DNA from: Alphaproteobacteria bacterium
GTDB lineage: Bacteria; Pseudomonadota; Alphaproteobacteria; UBA2966
NCBI GenBank assembly: GCA_965242505.1
Contig: OZ251449.1
Location: 2,552,184-2,616,183 of the forward strand
Reading direction: 5' to 3'
Length of the DNA: 64,000 nt
Shown: piece after piece, positions 30,752-41,747 of the stretch
How positions within the stretch are numbered: the first letter of the stretch is position 1
Layout of the letters: every line of letters starts with the position of its first letter
Position numbers and translations under genes: made by a program
The notes under the pieces: model-generated
What the model saw: the letters and a program-made list of their open reading frames with translations, nothing else
The model's database searches: none
Told to the model about the DNA's origin: nothing

Positions 30752-31635
30752 AGCGCGTACGCCACGAGCAAGGGGAGAGTCGCGATCGACATGAAGCCCG
30801 ACACCACGACCATCGCCGCCACCTCCTGGGGACTCCGGTCGTAATACTGGGAGATGAGATAATTGATCATTCCGACCGACAGGGAGCAGTTGACGATCAG
30901 GACGCCCCGTTCCACGCCATCGAACGCGAACAGGTCCGCCGCGACGACGCCGACCGCGAATCCCATCCCCAGTCTCAACAGCGAAAGCAGAAAGGCGCGG
31001 CGGAGATTGGCGACTCTCAGCGTCGCCAACGATACGCCGAGCATGACGAGGAGCAGCGGGATCGCCAGGCCGCTGATCAGGCCGGTGGTGTTGGCGAGCC
31101 ACGCGGGCGGCTCGGTCCCGCTCGCGAGGAACGCCAACGCGCCGAGCGCGGCGTAGACCAGCGGCGTTCGGATCAGGTCCCGCGCGGTGAACCGCCCCGA
31201 CGCCACCCACACCCCCAGGGTCGCGACCATGACCGCATCGACGGTGAACCAGGCGGCGGACAGCGCCAGTCCGAGTTCGCCGAAGGCGAACAGGCATAGG
31301 GGCAGGCCGACGTTCCCCGCATTCGGATAGACCATGCCGTTGAGATAGATGGACAGCGGCAACCGCGCGGCGCGCAGCGCGAGCGCGCCGATGGCGAGGA
31401 ACGCGAGATGGGTGGCGACCGAGGCCCACGCCATATCGACGAAGACCTCGGGGTCTACGTCGACCTTGGTCAATATCGAGAAGATCAGGCACGGCATCCC
31501 GACGTTGTGAATCATGTTGGCGAGGAACCGGACGTCGAAGTCACGGCCGAGCCTGGCCCAGGCGTAACCGATCGCGATGGTGACGAGCACCGGCGCGAGC
31601 ACCGGGATCAGCTGCGCGACGACGGCTTGGTTCAT
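30748..31635 (-). CDS. AEC (auxin efflux carrier) family transporter, copy 1
   Basis: 295 aa. NAGNVGLPLCLFAFG. Paralogous to 29876..30751. Confidence 0.8.
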   Translation of the reverse strand: MNQAVVAQLIPVLAPVLVTIAIGYAWARLGRDFDVRFLANMIHNVGMPCLIFSILTKVDVDPEVFVDMAWASVATHLAFLAIGALALRAARLPLSIYLNGMVYPNAGNVGLPLCLFAFGELGLALSAAWFTVDAVMVATLGVWVASGRFTARDLIRTPLVYAALGALAFLASGTEPPAWLANTTGLISGLAIPLLLVMLGVSLATLRVANLRRAFLLSLLRLGMGFAVGVVAADLFAFDGVERGVLIVNCSLSVGMINYLISQYYDRSPQEVAAMVVVSGFMSIATLPLLVAYAL

Positions 31636-31726
31636 GCGCGGACGCCGTTCGGCCAGGCGGCGTTCGGATACGCGACGAGAGACAGGGGCGGCGAATCGGC
31701 CGCCCGGCGCACGGGAGAAGACGGGA

Positions 31727-33010
31727 TCACGAAGCCCCGGTCCGCGGCTTCGTGGGCGGTATCACGCGCAGGGATACGATCTGGTTTCTCTGGCGCCGCA
31801 GGACTTCGAACCTGAAATCGTAGAACGTGAACATCTGGCCGGCTTCCGGAATGACCCGGGCGTTGTAGATCACGAGTCCGGCGACCGTCGCCGCCTCTTC
31901 GTCGGGCAGGTTCCAGTCGAACAGGCGATTGAGGTCGCGAATCGTGGTTCCACCCTCGACGACGTAGGAGCCATCGCCGAGCGCCCGCACCGTCGGCGCC
32001 GGAACGTCATGCTCGTCCGTGATGTCGCCGACGATCTCTTCCAGGATGTCTTCCAGCGTCACGAGGCCCATCAAGGTGCCGTACTCGTCCACCACGAGGG
32101 CGACATGGGCGCGACGGCGGCGGAACGCGTTGAGCTGCTGGCGGAGCGACGTGGTTTCGGGAACGAACCAGGGTTCGCCGACCACCGCGGTCGCGTCGAG
32201 ATCGTCCAGCGGCCCCCGATGGACGTGCAGCGCCTTCAGCAGGTCCTTGACGTGGACGATTCCGACGATGTTGTCCGGATCGTCCCGCCAGACGGGAACG
32301 CGCGTGTAGGGACTCGACAGGATTTGTTCGACGAGGCTCGACGTGGCGTCGTCCGCGTTGACGGCGAACATGTTCCTGCGATGCACCATGACCTCGTCGA
32401 CGTGGACGTCGGTCAGGTCGAGAACGCTGCCGAGCATGTCCCTTTCGTGCTTTACGACCTCTCCTTCCTGGGCGCGCAAGGCGATCGTGCTGCGGATCTC
32501 CTCGCTCGCCGTCGCGACCTTGGGCGACCCCGCGCCCGCGCCGAACAGTCTCAAGGTCGCGCCGACGACGAGGTTCAAGGCGCGCGTGATCGGCGAAAAG
32601 AACGCGACGAGGATCCGGATGACCGGCGCCACGCCCAACGCGACTCGATCCGCGTTGGACAGGGCGTAGGTCTTGGGAAGGATCTCCGAGAAGATCAGCA
32701 CGAGGGTCGTCATCACCACGGTCGCGATGGCGACGCCGAGATCTCCGAAAAACCCGATCAGGATGCTCGTCGCCAGGGCGGAGGCGAGGATGTTCACCAG
32801 ATTGTTGCCCAGCAGGATCGCGCCGATCAGATGCTCCCGCGTTTCCATCAACCGCGTCACGGTGCGCGCGCGCCTGTTTCCCTTGCGCAGCAGATGGTGA
32901 ATCCGCGCCTGGTTCGACGCCGTGAGGGCGGTCTCCGAACCCGAGAACAGAGCCGACAGCACCAGCAGGCCGGCAATGGCGATCAGGGAAAAGAGGAGGG
33001 TCAGTTCCAA
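31727..33010 (-). CDS. HlyC/CorC (CNNM) family transporter: DUF21 + CBS pair + CorC_HlyC
   Basis: 427 aa. N-terminal TM region, internal CBS-like units, C-terminal ...FEVLRRQRNQIVSLRV. Confidence 0.8.
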   Translation of the reverse strand: MELTLLFSLIAIAGLLVLSALFSGSETALTASNQARIHHLLRKGNRRARTVTRLMETREHLIGAILLGNNLVNILASALATSILIGFFGDLGVAIATVVMTTLVLIFSEILPKTYALSNADRVALGVAPVIRILVAFFSPITRALNLVVGATLRLFGAGAGSPKVATASEEIRSTIALRAQEGEVVKHERDMLGSVLDLTDVHVDEVMVHRRNMFAVNADDATSSLVEQILSSPYTRVPVWRDDPDNIVGIVHVKDLLKALHVHRGPLDDLDATAVVGEPWFVPETTSLRQQLNAFRRRRAHVALVVDEYGTLMGLVTLEDILEEIVGDITDEHDVPAPTVRALGDGSYVVEGGTTIRDLNRLFDWNLPDEEAATVAGLVIYNARVIPEAGQMFTFYDFRFEVLRRQRNQIVSLRVIPPTKPRTGAS

Positions 33011-33115
33011 GCGCGCTGATCCGTATGCGGGACGGCGCAGCGGTCGATCGGACGAAGCGCGGCCGCACCGCGAAGCATCGAGGACGGAGTCCGGAACTCG
33101 TTCGTCATCGGGCCG

Positions 33116-34243
33116 TCATGCCGCCGCCGCCAGATCCTCTCCGAGCAACGCAGTTACCGCTTCCTCTTCGACATCGGATGCGATGAACGCGCGTCCGATG
33201 CCCTTGGTGAGCACGAACGTCAGCCGTCCGCCGCGCGCCTTCTTGTCCTGCCGCATGTGCTCGAGCAGCGTCTCGGGGCGGACGGCGTCGAACCCGGGGA
33301 CCGACGCGACGGCCGTAGGAAGGCCGGCGTCCGCGATGTGGCGACGAACGCGGACAACCTCCCCGGCGGCGCAGAACCCGAGCCGGGACGACAGTTCGAA
33401 CGCCTTCACCATTCCGATGGCCACCGCCTCGCCGTGCAACAGGCGGCCTTCGTAGGCGGCTTCGGCTTCCAGCGCGTGGGCGAACGTATGCCCCAGATTC
33501 AGAAGGGCGCGCGAGCCGGCCTCCCGTTCGTCCGCGGAGACGATTCGCGCCTTGGCGCGGCAGCTCGTCACGACGGCGTGGCGCGTCTCCTCGGCGTCCC
33601 CCGAGACGACGCGCGCGCCGTTCGTTTCCAGCCAGGCGAAGAAGTCGGGCCGGTCGATCAGGCCGTATTTCACGACCTCGGCGTACCCCGCCCTCGTCTC
33701 GCGCCGCGGAAGCGTCCCGAGCACGGACGTGTCCGCGAGAACCAGTTTCGGCTGATGGAACGCGCCGACGAGGTTCTTGCCCCGGCGGGTGTTGATCGCG
33801 GTTTTTCCTCCGACGGAACTGTCGACCTGAGCGAGGAGGGTGGTGGGCGCCTGGATGACGTCGACGCCGCGCCGCAGGACGCTCGCCGCAAATCCGGCGA
33901 GATCGCCGATGACGCCGCCGCCGAACGCGACGATCGCGTCGTTGCGCTCGATCCGGAGTCCGATGAGGCGGTCGAGCAGCGCCTCGAGATGCGCGAAGCT
34001 CTTGACGCGTTCTCCCGCGGGAAGCGTTATCGAGTCGTGCGTGATCGACGACGAATCGAGCGCGGCCGTGAAGGTCGCGAGATGTCGGGCCGCCACGTTC
34101 TCGTCGGTCACCACCGCCACGCGCTTTCGACGAAGCACGGGCGCGAGCAGTCGTCCCGCCATTCCCAGGACGTTGGCTCCGACATGAATACGGTAGCCGC
34201 GGTCCCCGAGAGCGACGTCGACGACATCTGGGCCAGTTTGCAT
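33116..34243 (-). CDS. aroB: 3-dehydroquinate synthase
   Basis: GGGVIGDLAGFAA..PTTLLAQVDSSVGGKTAIN..LNLGHTFAHA. Start at MQTGPDVV. Confidence 0.9.
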   Translation of the reverse strand: MQTGPDVVDVALGDRGYRIHVGANVLGMAGRLLAPVLRRKRVAVVTDENVAARHLATFTAALDSSSITHDSITLPAGERVKSFAHLEALLDRLIGLRIERNDAIVAFGGGVIGDLAGFAASVLRRGVDVIQAPTTLLAQVDSSVGGKTAINTRRGKNLVGAFHQPKLVLADTSVLGTLPRRETRAGYAEVVKYGLIDRPDFFAWLETNGARVVSGDAEETRHAVVTSCRAKARIVSADEREAGSRALLNLGHTFAHALEAEAAYEGRLLHGEAVAIGMVKAFELSSRLGFCAAGEVVRVRRHIADAGLPTAVASVPGFDAVRPETLLEHMRQDKKARGGRLTFVLTKGIGRAFIASDVEEEAVTALLGEDLAAAA

Positions 34244-34254
34244 CGATAGGTCAG

Positions 34255-34836
34255 TCAGGCGTTGGCATCCGTTCGGTTCGCCGACAGATATCCGCCCGCC
34301 GAGAGTTCCTCCATGATCTTGTCGACGACGGTTCGGTGCGGCTTGTCGCCGGTGTCCACGACGATATTGGCCTCTCCATACACCGGATATCTCCGGTCTA
34401 TCAGATTTTCGAGGGTTTCGCGCATGTCGCCGTCTCTGAGAAGCGGCCGGTCGTCGCGCCGCGCGCATCGTCGCACCAGGACGTCCAGATCCGCTCGCAA
34501 CCAGACCGAAACGCCCTTCTCCCTGATGCGATCGCGCGTTTCCTCGTTCATGAAGGCCCCGCCACCCGTCGCCAGAACTCCCACCGGCCCATCCAGCAAG
34601 CGCCCGATGACCCGTTTCTCGCCCTCGCGGAACGCGGCTTCCCCGTGGACCTCGAACATGTCTCCGATGGAGCATCCGGCCGCCCGTTCGACCTCGTCAT
34701 CCGCGTCGACGAACGGAACGCCGAGCCGGGCCGCGAGCCGGCGACCGATGGTGCTCTTCCCCGCGCCCATGAGTCCGACGAGGACGATCATCCGATTCGG
34801 GGCGGCCCAGGCTGTCGCTTTACTGGATATCGACAT
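34255..34836 (-). CDS. aroK: shikimate kinase
   Basis: [29 protein letters not shown]. Confidence 0.9.
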   Translation of the reverse strand: MSISSKATAWAAPNRMIVLVGLMGAGKSTIGRRLAARLGVPFVDADDEVERAAGCSIGDMFEVHGEAAFREGEKRVIGRLLDGPVGVLATGGGAFMNEETRDRIREKGVSVWLRADLDVLVRRCARRDDRPLLRDGDMRETLENLIDRRYPVYGEANIVVDTGDKPHRTVVDKIMEELSAGGYLSANRTDANA

Positions 34837-34903
34837 CGGATCAGGCGCCGGGAGGCTTTGCGACTGGAGCGGGAAACCCGCGTCGGGGGACGGTGCCGGG
34901 ACG

Positions 34904-34932
34904 TTGAATCCCGACTCGCGAGCCGATAGACT
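34904..34932 (+). promoter_or_regulatory. candidate sigma70-type promoter
   Basis: TTGAAT, 17-nt spacer, TAGACT, in the divergent aroK / 35023 intergenic region. Confidence 0.35.
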
Positions 34933-35022
34933 GACTCAACTTCGCCACAATTGCACCTTAGCATATGTGGTCGGAGGTTGTCCCGACCCGCGGCGCGCCT
35001 TCCCAGGATTCCATGTAGCTTG

Positions 35023-35163
35023 ATGTCCAAGGCGCCGTACATCGCACTCGTCATCGTGTTGCTGGTTCTGGTTGGCGGAGCCGCGTTTCTCGCCACGTGG
35101 GACATTCCACCTCCATCGAAAAGCGTGGAAAAGGTGTTGCCCGATGAGCGCTTTCCCCGCTGA
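35023..35163 (+). CDS. small single-TM membrane protein (46 aa)
   Basis: MSKAPYIALVIVLLVLVGGAAFLATW... Overlaps the next ORF by 20 nt. Confidence 0.4.
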   Translation: MSKAPYIALVIVLLVLVGGAAFLATWDIPPPSKSVEKVLPDERFPR

Positions 35164-36991
35164 TCGACCGTCGCTCGGCCCGTCCCTGCGCCGGTCGATG
35201 TTCGGCGCGGCGCTGGTCGCGCTGATCGGTTCCCCGGCTCACGCGCAAGTGGGACCGCCGATAAAGTTGATACCCGACCCCCAGGTCCCGCAGCGGGAGC
35301 CCGCGGTTTCAGGCGCGCCGCCCGCGGCGAGTCCGGCCAGCGAACCGTCGTCGTCCGGTTCCTGGTCCAGGACGCGGCCCATCGTACAGGGCGAAGGTGT
35401 CGTGGTCGGCAGAATCGCCGCCGTCGATCCGTCTTCCGTCGGCCTTTTGACGGAAGAGGACGGCGGCTTCGGTTTCGACATGTGGGTCGGGAGCGACCGC
35501 GCCTTCATCGAAGCGCTGGTGCCGCGTCTTCCGGCGCGAACCCTGTCGCCGGTGATGCAGGATCTGACCCGTCGCCTGTTGCTGTCCGAAGCGCGGGTTC
35601 CGGCGGGCGCGCCCATGGCTTCGAGCCTGCTGGGACTCCGGGTGGAGCGCCTCGGCGCCAGCGGCAGGACCGATCTCGTTCAGGACCTTCTGCGCCTGGG
35701 GACATCGCGACTCCAGGACGCATCGCTCGCGCGCGCGGAGGTCGACAGTATGTTGCTGTCGGGAAACCACGCCGGAGCGTGCGCCAATATCGAGGCCTTG
35801 CTGCGGACGGACGACGATCCCTATTGGCTCAAGGGTCTCACGTTCTGCAAGGCGTTGAACGGTGAAGGCGCCGCGGCCCGGCTCGGCGTTTCCTTGCTGC
35901 GGGAGGGGGGCGGGGCCGGGGACGACGTCTTCTTCGAGCTGGTGGAATCGCTCGTGGGAGAAACGAGGTCGCCGTCCGGCGGTCTGATCGATCCCTCGCC
36001 GTTGCATCTGGCGATGCTGCGCGCCGCCCGCCTCGAGATTCCCGACGGCGCGGTCCCGGGCGCGCGACCGGCCATACTGCGCGCCATCGCGGTCTCGCCG
36101 AACGCGCCGTTGGCGACGCGCCTCGTGGCCGCGGAGCGCGCCGAGGCCGCCGGCGCCCTTTCGCCGGACGCGCTGACGGCGATGTACGCCAGCGTGGATT
36201 TCTCACCCGAGGATCGACTGGCGTGGCGGGCCCTGGCGGTCGAGGAGGCCGGACCGCGAGTCAATGCGCTGCTGTACCAAGTCGCCTCCATCCAGACCGA
36301 TCCCCGGACGAAGGCTCGCGCCATCGTCGCCGCGCTGTCGCGGGCGCGCGCCGCGGACGGGTTCGGCACGGCGGCGCGCATCCTGCGAGACATCTGCAAG
36401 TCCATAGAACCGTCACCCGGCCTGGCGTGGGCGGCGTCGGATATCGGGCGGGCTCTGCTGGCCGCCGGAGATGTGGGGTCCGCGCGGCGCTGGTTCGACA
36501 TGCTTTACCGGAGCGCTACGCCCGAAACCCCCGATGCCGCCGTCGCCATTCTGGATCTCTGGCCCCTCGTCCAGCTCATGGATATCGACGGTTCCCTGGG
36601 ATGGAACGCCGATGCGCTGGTCAACTGGTGGGCCGGCGAGCAGGAACGGTCGGGAGATGACGCTTTCGAGCGGGCCGCTGTGATTCTGGCGTTGATGGAC
36701 GCGATCGGTTATGACGTTCCCGAGGCGTCGTGGCGGGAGCTGCTGGAATCGTCCTTGACCGTCACCGCCTATCTGCCCTCGGTGCAACTCTGGCGGGCGT
36801 TGGAGATCGCGTCCGCGAACGGCCGTGTGGGCGAGACGGTCCTGTTGTCGTTGCTGGCGCTCGGCGAGGTCGGCCCCGTCGGCGCCGATCCCACGACCCT
36901 GCATACCGTCGTGTCCGCTCTCATGGGCGTGGGTCTGGAGACGGATGCCAGAAAACTGGCGCTCGAATCGGCGCTCGCCAAGGGCCTCTAG
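35144..36991 (+). CDS. secreted hypothetical protein
   Basis: Signal peptide ..MFGAALVALIGSPAHAQ. 615 aa. Helical-repeat-like, Ala/Leu-rich. Confidence 0.6.
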   Translation: MSAFPADRPSLGPSLRRSMFGAALVALIGSPAHAQVGPPIKLIPDPQVPQREPAVSGAPPAASPASEPSSSGSWSRTRPIVQGEGVVVGRIAAVDPSSVGLLTEEDGGFGFDMWVGSDRAFIEALVPRLPARTLSPVMQDLTRRLLLSEARVPAGAPMASSLLGLRVERLGASGRTDLVQDLLRLGTSRLQDASLARAEVDSMLLSGNHAGACANIEALLRTDDDPYWLKGLTFCKALNGEGAAARLGVSLLREGGGAGDDVFFELVESLVGETRSPSGGLIDPSPLHLAMLRAARLEIPDGAVPGARPAILRAIAVSPNAPLATRLVAAERAEAAGALSPDALTAMYASVDFSPEDRLAWRALAVEEAGPRVNALLYQVASIQTDPRTKARAIVAALSRARAADGFGTAARILRDICKSIEPSPGLAWAASDIGRALLAAGDVGSARRWFDMLYRSATPETPDAAVAILDLWPLVQLMDIDGSLGWNADALVNWWAGEQERSGDDAFERAAVILALMDAIGYDVPEASWRELLESSLTVTAYLPSVQLWRALEIASANGRVGETVLLSLLALGEVGPVGADPTTLHTVVSALMGVGLETDARKLALESALAKGL

Positions 36992-37042
36992 CGGCGGGTC
37001 CGTGAGGGCGGCGAACACCGCGCAGGTTGTCGGCGGGAACAT

Positions 37043-37981
37043 TTGACCGATACGAACGTCGAGCTGTTTCTCGAGATGATGTCTGCGGAGCGGGGCGCTG
37101 CGTCGGCGACTCTGAGCAGCTATCAGCGGGACCTGGAGGATTTCGCCAGGTTCGCCGACGAACGCGGCGTGACGGTCTCTTCCGCCGATACCGGACTCGT
37201 TCGCGACTACCTCTCCTCCATGTCGGATGCGGGTCTGGCGGCATCGACCGCGGCTCGTCGCCTTTCCGCGCTTCGGCAGTTTTTCGGTTTTCTGTACGCG
37301 GAGGGACTACGGAAGGACGATCCCTGTATCGCCGTCGACGGCCCTCGGCGAAGCCGTCCACTGCCGAAAGTGCTTTCGGAGCGCGAAGTCGAGCTGCTTC
37401 TGAACACGGCGCGCGAGATGAAAGGCCCTGAAGGCGCGCGATTGCTGGCGTTGACGGAAACCCTCTACGCCACGGGTCTCCGCGTGTCGGAACTCGTCCG
37501 CCTGCCCCTGTCCGCCGCGAGATCGGACTCCCGGGTGCTGATGGTGCGGGGCAAAGGCGAGAAGGAGCGGATCGTGCCTCTCAGCGAGTCCGCCAAGGAA
37601 GCGATCGTCGACTACGTCGCCGTGCGAAAGCATTTTCTGAAGGAGAACGAGGATTCCCCGTGGCTGTTCCCATCGCGGAGCGGGCGTGGGCATCTTTCGG
37701 AGCGTCGGTTCGCGCAGATGATCAAGGACATGGCCTGCGACTCGGGGATCGATCCGACGCGGGTATCGCCGCACGTCCTCAGACATGCGTTCGCGAGTCA
37801 TCTTCTGGCTCACGGCGCCGATCTGCGAGCGGTGCAGCAAATGCTGGGTCACGCGGACATCTCGACGACGCAGATCTATACCCACGTACTCGACGAGCGC
37901 CTGAAGGAGATGGTGACGCGGCATCATCCGTTGAGCGTCGGATCCGGCGCGCGGAACGATTCCTCCGAGAGACGGACATGA
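37043..37981 (+). CDS. xerD: tyrosine recombinase XerD
   Basis: [41 protein letters not shown] start. Confidence 0.9.
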   Translation: MTDTNVELFLEMMSAERGAASATLSSYQRDLEDFARFADERGVTVSSADTGLVRDYLSSMSDAGLAASTAARRLSALRQFFGFLYAEGLRKDDPCIAVDGPRRSRPLPKVLSEREVELLLNTAREMKGPEGARLLALTETLYATGLRVSELVRLPLSAARSDSRVLMVRGKGEKERIVPLSESAKEAIVDYVAVRKHFLKENEDSPWLFPSRSGRGHLSERRFAQMIKDMACDSGIDPTRVSPHVLRHAFASHLLAHGADLRAVQQMLGHADISTTQIYTHVLDERLKEMVTRHHPLSVGSGARNDSSERRT

Positions 37982-39012
37982 GCTTCTCCACCGTCGACGA
38001 GGCGACGCCGCGATTGAATCGCTCGGAGCTCTCGGTCCCCGCGATATCGACGCGGTTTCTGGAACGCGCGGCGACGAGTCCCGCGGACGTCGTCCTGCTC
38101 GATCTCGAGGACTCGGTGGCGCCGGACGACAAGCCGACGGCCCGCGGGAACGTGATCGAGGCCCTCAACGATCTCGATTGGGAAGATCGAACGGTGTCGG
38201 TCAGGGTCAACGGCCTCGATACGCCCTGGATGTATCGCGATGTCGTGGACATCCTGGAAAGAGCCGGCGCGCGCCTCGATCTCGTCATGGTTCCCAAGGT
38301 CGGGACGGCGGCGGACGTCTACGCCGTCGACGTGCTGATCTCGCAGATCGAACAGGCCGCGGACCTGAAAAAACGGATCGGCCTCGAGCTGCTGGTGGAG
38401 ACGGCCTTGGGAATGCGGAACGTGGAGGAGATTGCCGCCGCGAGCAGACGCGCCGAGTCCCTTCATTTTGGGGTCGCCGATTACGCGGCATCGACCGGCG
38501 CGCGAACGACCGGCGTCGGAGGGCCGAATCCGAACTACCATACGCTCACCGATCCGGATCATGCGAACCGGCGGGAGAAGCACTGGGGCGACGTCTGGCA
38601 CTATCCGCTCGCGCGCGTGGTCGTCGCCGCGCGCGCGCGCGGATTGCGGCCCGTCGACGGGCCGTACGGCGACATCCCGGACACGGAAGGATTTCGCTCG
38701 CAGGCGCTGCGCGCGGCCGCCCTCGGTTGCGAGGGCAAATGGGCGATCCACCCGAGCCAGATCGAACTTGCGAACGAACTGTTCAGCCCCACGAAGGAAG
38801 AGCTCGCCCGGGCCCGGCGCATCCTGTCGGCGATGCGCGAAGCCCGGCGCGATGGCCGCGCCGCCGTGTCGCTGGACGGTCGCATGATCGACATCGCGTC
38901 GATCCGTCAAGCCCAGGCCATGGTGAAGAAGGCTCGCCGGATTCGATCGCGGGAGCGGGCGGGCGGCGGCGGCGCCCGGCGCGGGCCTTCCGCCCCCGAG
39001 GCGAAGGCGTAA
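37978..39012 (+). CDS. mcl: HpcH/HpaI-family L-malyl-CoA/beta-methylmalyl-CoA lyase
   Basis: [52 protein letters not shown] overlaps the xerD stop (ATGA). Confidence 0.75.
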   Translation: MSFSTVDEATPRLNRSELSVPAISTRFLERAATSPADVVLLDLEDSVAPDDKPTARGNVIEALNDLDWEDRTVSVRVNGLDTPWMYRDVVDILERAGARLDLVMVPKVGTAADVYAVDVLISQIEQAADLKKRIGLELLVETALGMRNVEEIAAASRRAESLHFGVADYAASTGARTTGVGGPNPNYHTLTDPDHANRREKHWGDVWHYPLARVVVAARARGLRPVDGPYGDIPDTEGFRSQALRAAALGCEGKWAIHPSQIELANELFSPTKEELARARRILSAMREARRDGRAAVSLDGRMIDIASIRQAQAMVKKARRIRSRERAGGGGARRGPSAPEAKA

Positions 39013-39026
39013 GGGGCGGCCGCGAG

Positions 39027-40001
39027 ATGGAAGCGTTTCTCGATTTCGAAAAGCCTCTTGCCGAGCTCGAGGGCAAGATCAGGGAGTTGCGCCATCTCGC
39101 CGATACGGGCGATGCGGACATAGGCGAGGAAGTCGCCAGGCTGGAAGCCAAGGCGGGCGCGTTGCTGGTCGACACGTACGCGAATCTGACGCCATGGCAG
39201 AAGACCCAGGTCGCGCGTCATCCCAATCGGCCGCATTTCGGCGACTACGTCTCGCGTCTGATCGATGGTTTCACCCCGTTGGCGGGTGATCGCGCGTACG
39301 GCGACGACCCGGCGATCCGGGGCGGATTGGGCCGCTTTCGCGGTCGACCGCTCATGGTGATCGGGCACGAAAGAGGCAATGGAACGGAAGGACGGATCCG
39401 ACACAATTTCGGAATGGCGCAGCCCGAGGGCTATCGAAAGGCGGCTCGCCTGATGAAGCTCGCCGACCGCTTCGACATCGCCATCCTCACGTTCGTCGAT
39501 ACGCCCGGCGCCTATCCCGGCATCGGCGCCGAGGAGCGCGGTCAATCCGAGGCGATCGCGCGTTCCATCGAAACCTGCCTGTCCCTGAGCGTTCCCCTTC
39601 TGTCCGTCGTGATCGGCGAAGGGGGATCGGGCGGCGCGATCGCCCTCGCCAGCGGCAACCGCGTCATGATGCTGGAGCACGCGATCTACTCGGTGATTTC
39701 TCCCGAAGGCTGCGCGTCCATTCTGTGGCGCAGCGCCGAACACGCGCGGCAAGCCGCCGAGGCCCTGAAGCTCACCGCGGAGGACCTGATGGATTTCGGG
39801 GTCATCGATACGGTGATCGACGAGCCGGTGGGAGGGGCGCACCGCAGCCCGCTCGGCGCCATCGATGCCGCCGGAGACGCCATCGAGGCGGCGTTCACGT
39901 CTCTCGACAACCTTGACGGGGAACAGCTCAAATCGGGCCGGAGGAAGAAATTCCTGGAGATGGGACGGAACGGCCTGTACGGCGGCTCGAGCCGGGCTTG
40001 A
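39027..40001 (+). CDS. accA: acetyl-CoA carboxylase carboxyltransferase subunit alpha
   Basis: [51 protein letters not shown]-like [10 protein letters not shown]. Confidence 0.9.
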   Translation: MEAFLDFEKPLAELEGKIRELRHLADTGDADIGEEVARLEAKAGALLVDTYANLTPWQKTQVARHPNRPHFGDYVSRLIDGFTPLAGDRAYGDDPAIRGGLGRFRGRPLMVIGHERGNGTEGRIRHNFGMAQPEGYRKAARLMKLADRFDIAILTFVDTPGAYPGIGAEERGQSEAIARSIETCLSLSVPLLSVVIGEGGSGGAIALASGNRVMMLEHAIYSVISPEGCASILWRSAEHARQAAEALKLTAEDLMDFGVIDTVIDEPVGGAHRSPLGAIDAAGDAIEAAFTSLDNLDGEQLKSGRRKKFLEMGRNGLYGGSSRA

Positions 40002-40031
40002 ACCGCGCCGGAACCGAACGCCGACCGGCGT

Positions 40032-40124
40032 CCGCATCGTCCTTCCATTCCGCTCGAGGATCTCGGGCCGCGCAAGCTGCGGCCGCGGCGCTGCTCTTGC
40101 GCGAGCGGCGTTGCAGAGCCGCGG
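40032..40124 (+). repeat. degenerate tail half of a mosaic A module, cut off from its hairpin half by IS copy 1
   Basis: CCGCAT...CGAGGATC...GCGGCGTTGCAGAGCCGCGG, to be compared with the consensus ..GCGGCGTTGCGGGACCGCGG. Confidence 0.45.
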
Positions 40125-41457
40125 TGAGCAACCGGATAGATGGGTAACACTATAGACCGGATACATGGGTGACAGTGTTCCCGGTCTGTCCCGCTTCCGT
40201 GCGGCCCGGCCGGGCCGCACGGAAGCGGTGTAGCTTCTTCGACCTCCGATCGATGATCCCGAGGTCGACATCCGCGAAGCGGACGATCCAGTCGCCCCCG
40301 TCAGTCTCGGCCACGCCCACAGGCTCACCCCTCAGCGTCTCGCTGACGAAGACCAGATCGCCGCCCCACTTGATGGAGCCATCGGTGCGGACCCGGCGCA
40401 TCGCGTGCTCGGCATCGTACCAGGGCTCCTCCAGGCGCTCGGGATGACGCCGCGACGACGACCGGTAGAACGCCGCAGGCGGCCTCTGCCCCAAGGCCTC
40501 ATGCGGACGATGGACGTTGAAGTCCTGGCGGAAGCGGTCGAAGCGGGCCTGTTGCGCGTCCGCCGTCGCCGCCGGCGGCGTCGCGGTCTCGGCCTTCAAC
40601 GTCCGATGCATCCGCTCATGCCTCCCGTTCTGCTGCGGCTGACCCCGCGCAATCCGCTCCACCGCGATCCCGGCCTTGATCCACTCCACCGACAGACGCG
40701 ACAGACCCCCAGCCCCCGGACCGGCGAACGGCGCCCCGTTGTCCGAACGGATGGCCTCGGGAACCCCGTAGCGCCGGAACACCCGCCCCACCGCCGCCCC
40801 CACCGCAGCGGTCTGCGGCGGGACGATGACGCACGCCAACAGAAAGCGGCTGTAGGCGTCGGTGATCGTCAGCGGATCGCAGCGGACGCCGTCGCGGGTG
40901 CGAAACCACCCCTTGAAGTCGATGCGCCACACGTCGTTGGGAGCCGCCACAGGGCGGAACGGACGACACGGAGCCGCCATCCGACGGCGACGGCGACGGC
41001 GCGCCACCAGACCTTCCGCGCGCAGCAGGTCGCCCATCGTGCTGGCCGCCGGCCACGCCACCTCGGGGTGCTCACCCACCAACACCGCCCGCAGCTTGCG
41101 CGGACCCCAGTGCGGACGCGTGCGGCGCAAGGCGATGATCGCCTCGGCCACCGACGGCGCCATCGACCGACCATGGCGACGCGGCGCCCGCGACCGATCG
41201 ACCAGACCCTCCGGGCCGTCGCCGCGATACCGTCCAAGCCACTTGTACCCGGTCTTGCGGCTGATGCCGTAGTGCTCGCACAGCGCCGTCATCGACCACT
41301 CGCCACGCAGATAGTCGGCAACGAAAACCAGCTTCTCGTCCATCGGACAGGTCTCCTTCCAGGGCATCGGCCGCACCTCCCGCACCTCCCGACCAACCCT
41401 CTAACCTGTTACCCATGTATCCGGTCTGAACTGTTACCTTTCTATCCGGTCTGTACC
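40125..41457 (-). mobile_element. IS481-like insertion sequence, copy 1 (1333 bp)
   Basis: About 50-bp imperfect terminal inverted repeats (..CCGGATAGA.GGTAACA....AGACCGGATACATGGGT.ACAG). Single DDE transposase ORF. Flanks are CGG / CAG. Confidence 0.85.
40150..41385 (-). CDS. IS481-family DDE transposase (HTH + rve integrase core)
   Basis: 411 aa. N-terminal HTH (ALCEHYGISRKTGYKWL). VWRIDFKG..SDNGAPF..NGRHERMHRTLK (D, D, E region). Confidence 0.85.
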   Translation of the reverse strand: MREVRPMPWKETCPMDEKLVFVADYLRGEWSMTALCEHYGISRKTGYKWLGRYRGDGPEGLVDRSRAPRRHGRSMAPSVAEAIIALRRTRPHWGPRKLRAVLVGEHPEVAWPAASTMGDLLRAEGLVARRRRRRRMAAPCRPFRPVAAPNDVWRIDFKGWFRTRDGVRCDPLTITDAYSRFLLACVIVPPQTAAVGAAVGRVFRRYGVPEAIRSDNGAPFAGPGAGGLSRLSVEWIKAGIAVERIARGQPQQNGRHERMHRTLKAETATPPAATADAQQARFDRFRQDFNVHRPHEALGQRPPAAFYRSSSRRHPERLEEPWYDAEHAMRRVRTDGSIKWGGDLVFVSETLRGEPVGVAETDGGDWIVRFADVDLGIIDRRSKKLHRFRAARPGRTEAGQTGNTVTHVSGL

Positions 41458-41460
41458 CAG

Positions 41461-41662
41461 TCCACCCCCCTCCCGACCTCCCCCTGCCAGGGGGGAGGAG
41501 TATGGATGGTCAGGGGGGAAGAGCGTCGACGGCTCCCTCCCCCTCTCTTCTTCTCCCTCCCCCTTGCAGGGGGAGGGTCGGGGTGGGGGTCGCGCCTGGG
41601 GAGAGGAGCGCGAACGGACCCTGCGGCACCCCCGTCACTGGACGAGTCTTGCGGACGAGCAG
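41461..41662 (+). repeat. mosaic element copy R7 (A hairpin half + B module), right flank of IS copy 1
   Basis: TCCACCCCCCTCCCGACCTCCCCCTGCCAGGGGGGAGG ... CCCTTGCAGGGGGAGGGTCGGGGTGGGGGTCGCGCC ... GCGCGAACGGACCCTGCGG. Confidence 0.8.
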
Positions 41663-41747
41663 GAAACCGCTTTCGGTTCGATGACGGATCGCCCTGGCGC
41701 CCGTGCTATAACCGCCGTCGTCCAGCGACGCGGAGTGATCGAGCAGG

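Noticed and set aside
35505-36501. Antisense ORFs inside the 35144..36991 gene (35309..36007 and 35821..36501) as possible overlapping genes.
   Set aside because: Their composition is typical of shadow frames. There is no motif, no start context and no independent support.
41502-41684. Short ORFs such as MQGEGRGGGR.. or ..PPPSRPPPCQGG.. recurring at 3800-4010, 7832-8209, 20451-20795, 41502-41684 and 61508-61700.
   Set aside because: They are translations of the GC-rich mosaic repeat hairpins in different frames and orientations. The repetition is at the DNA level and is not frame-conserved.
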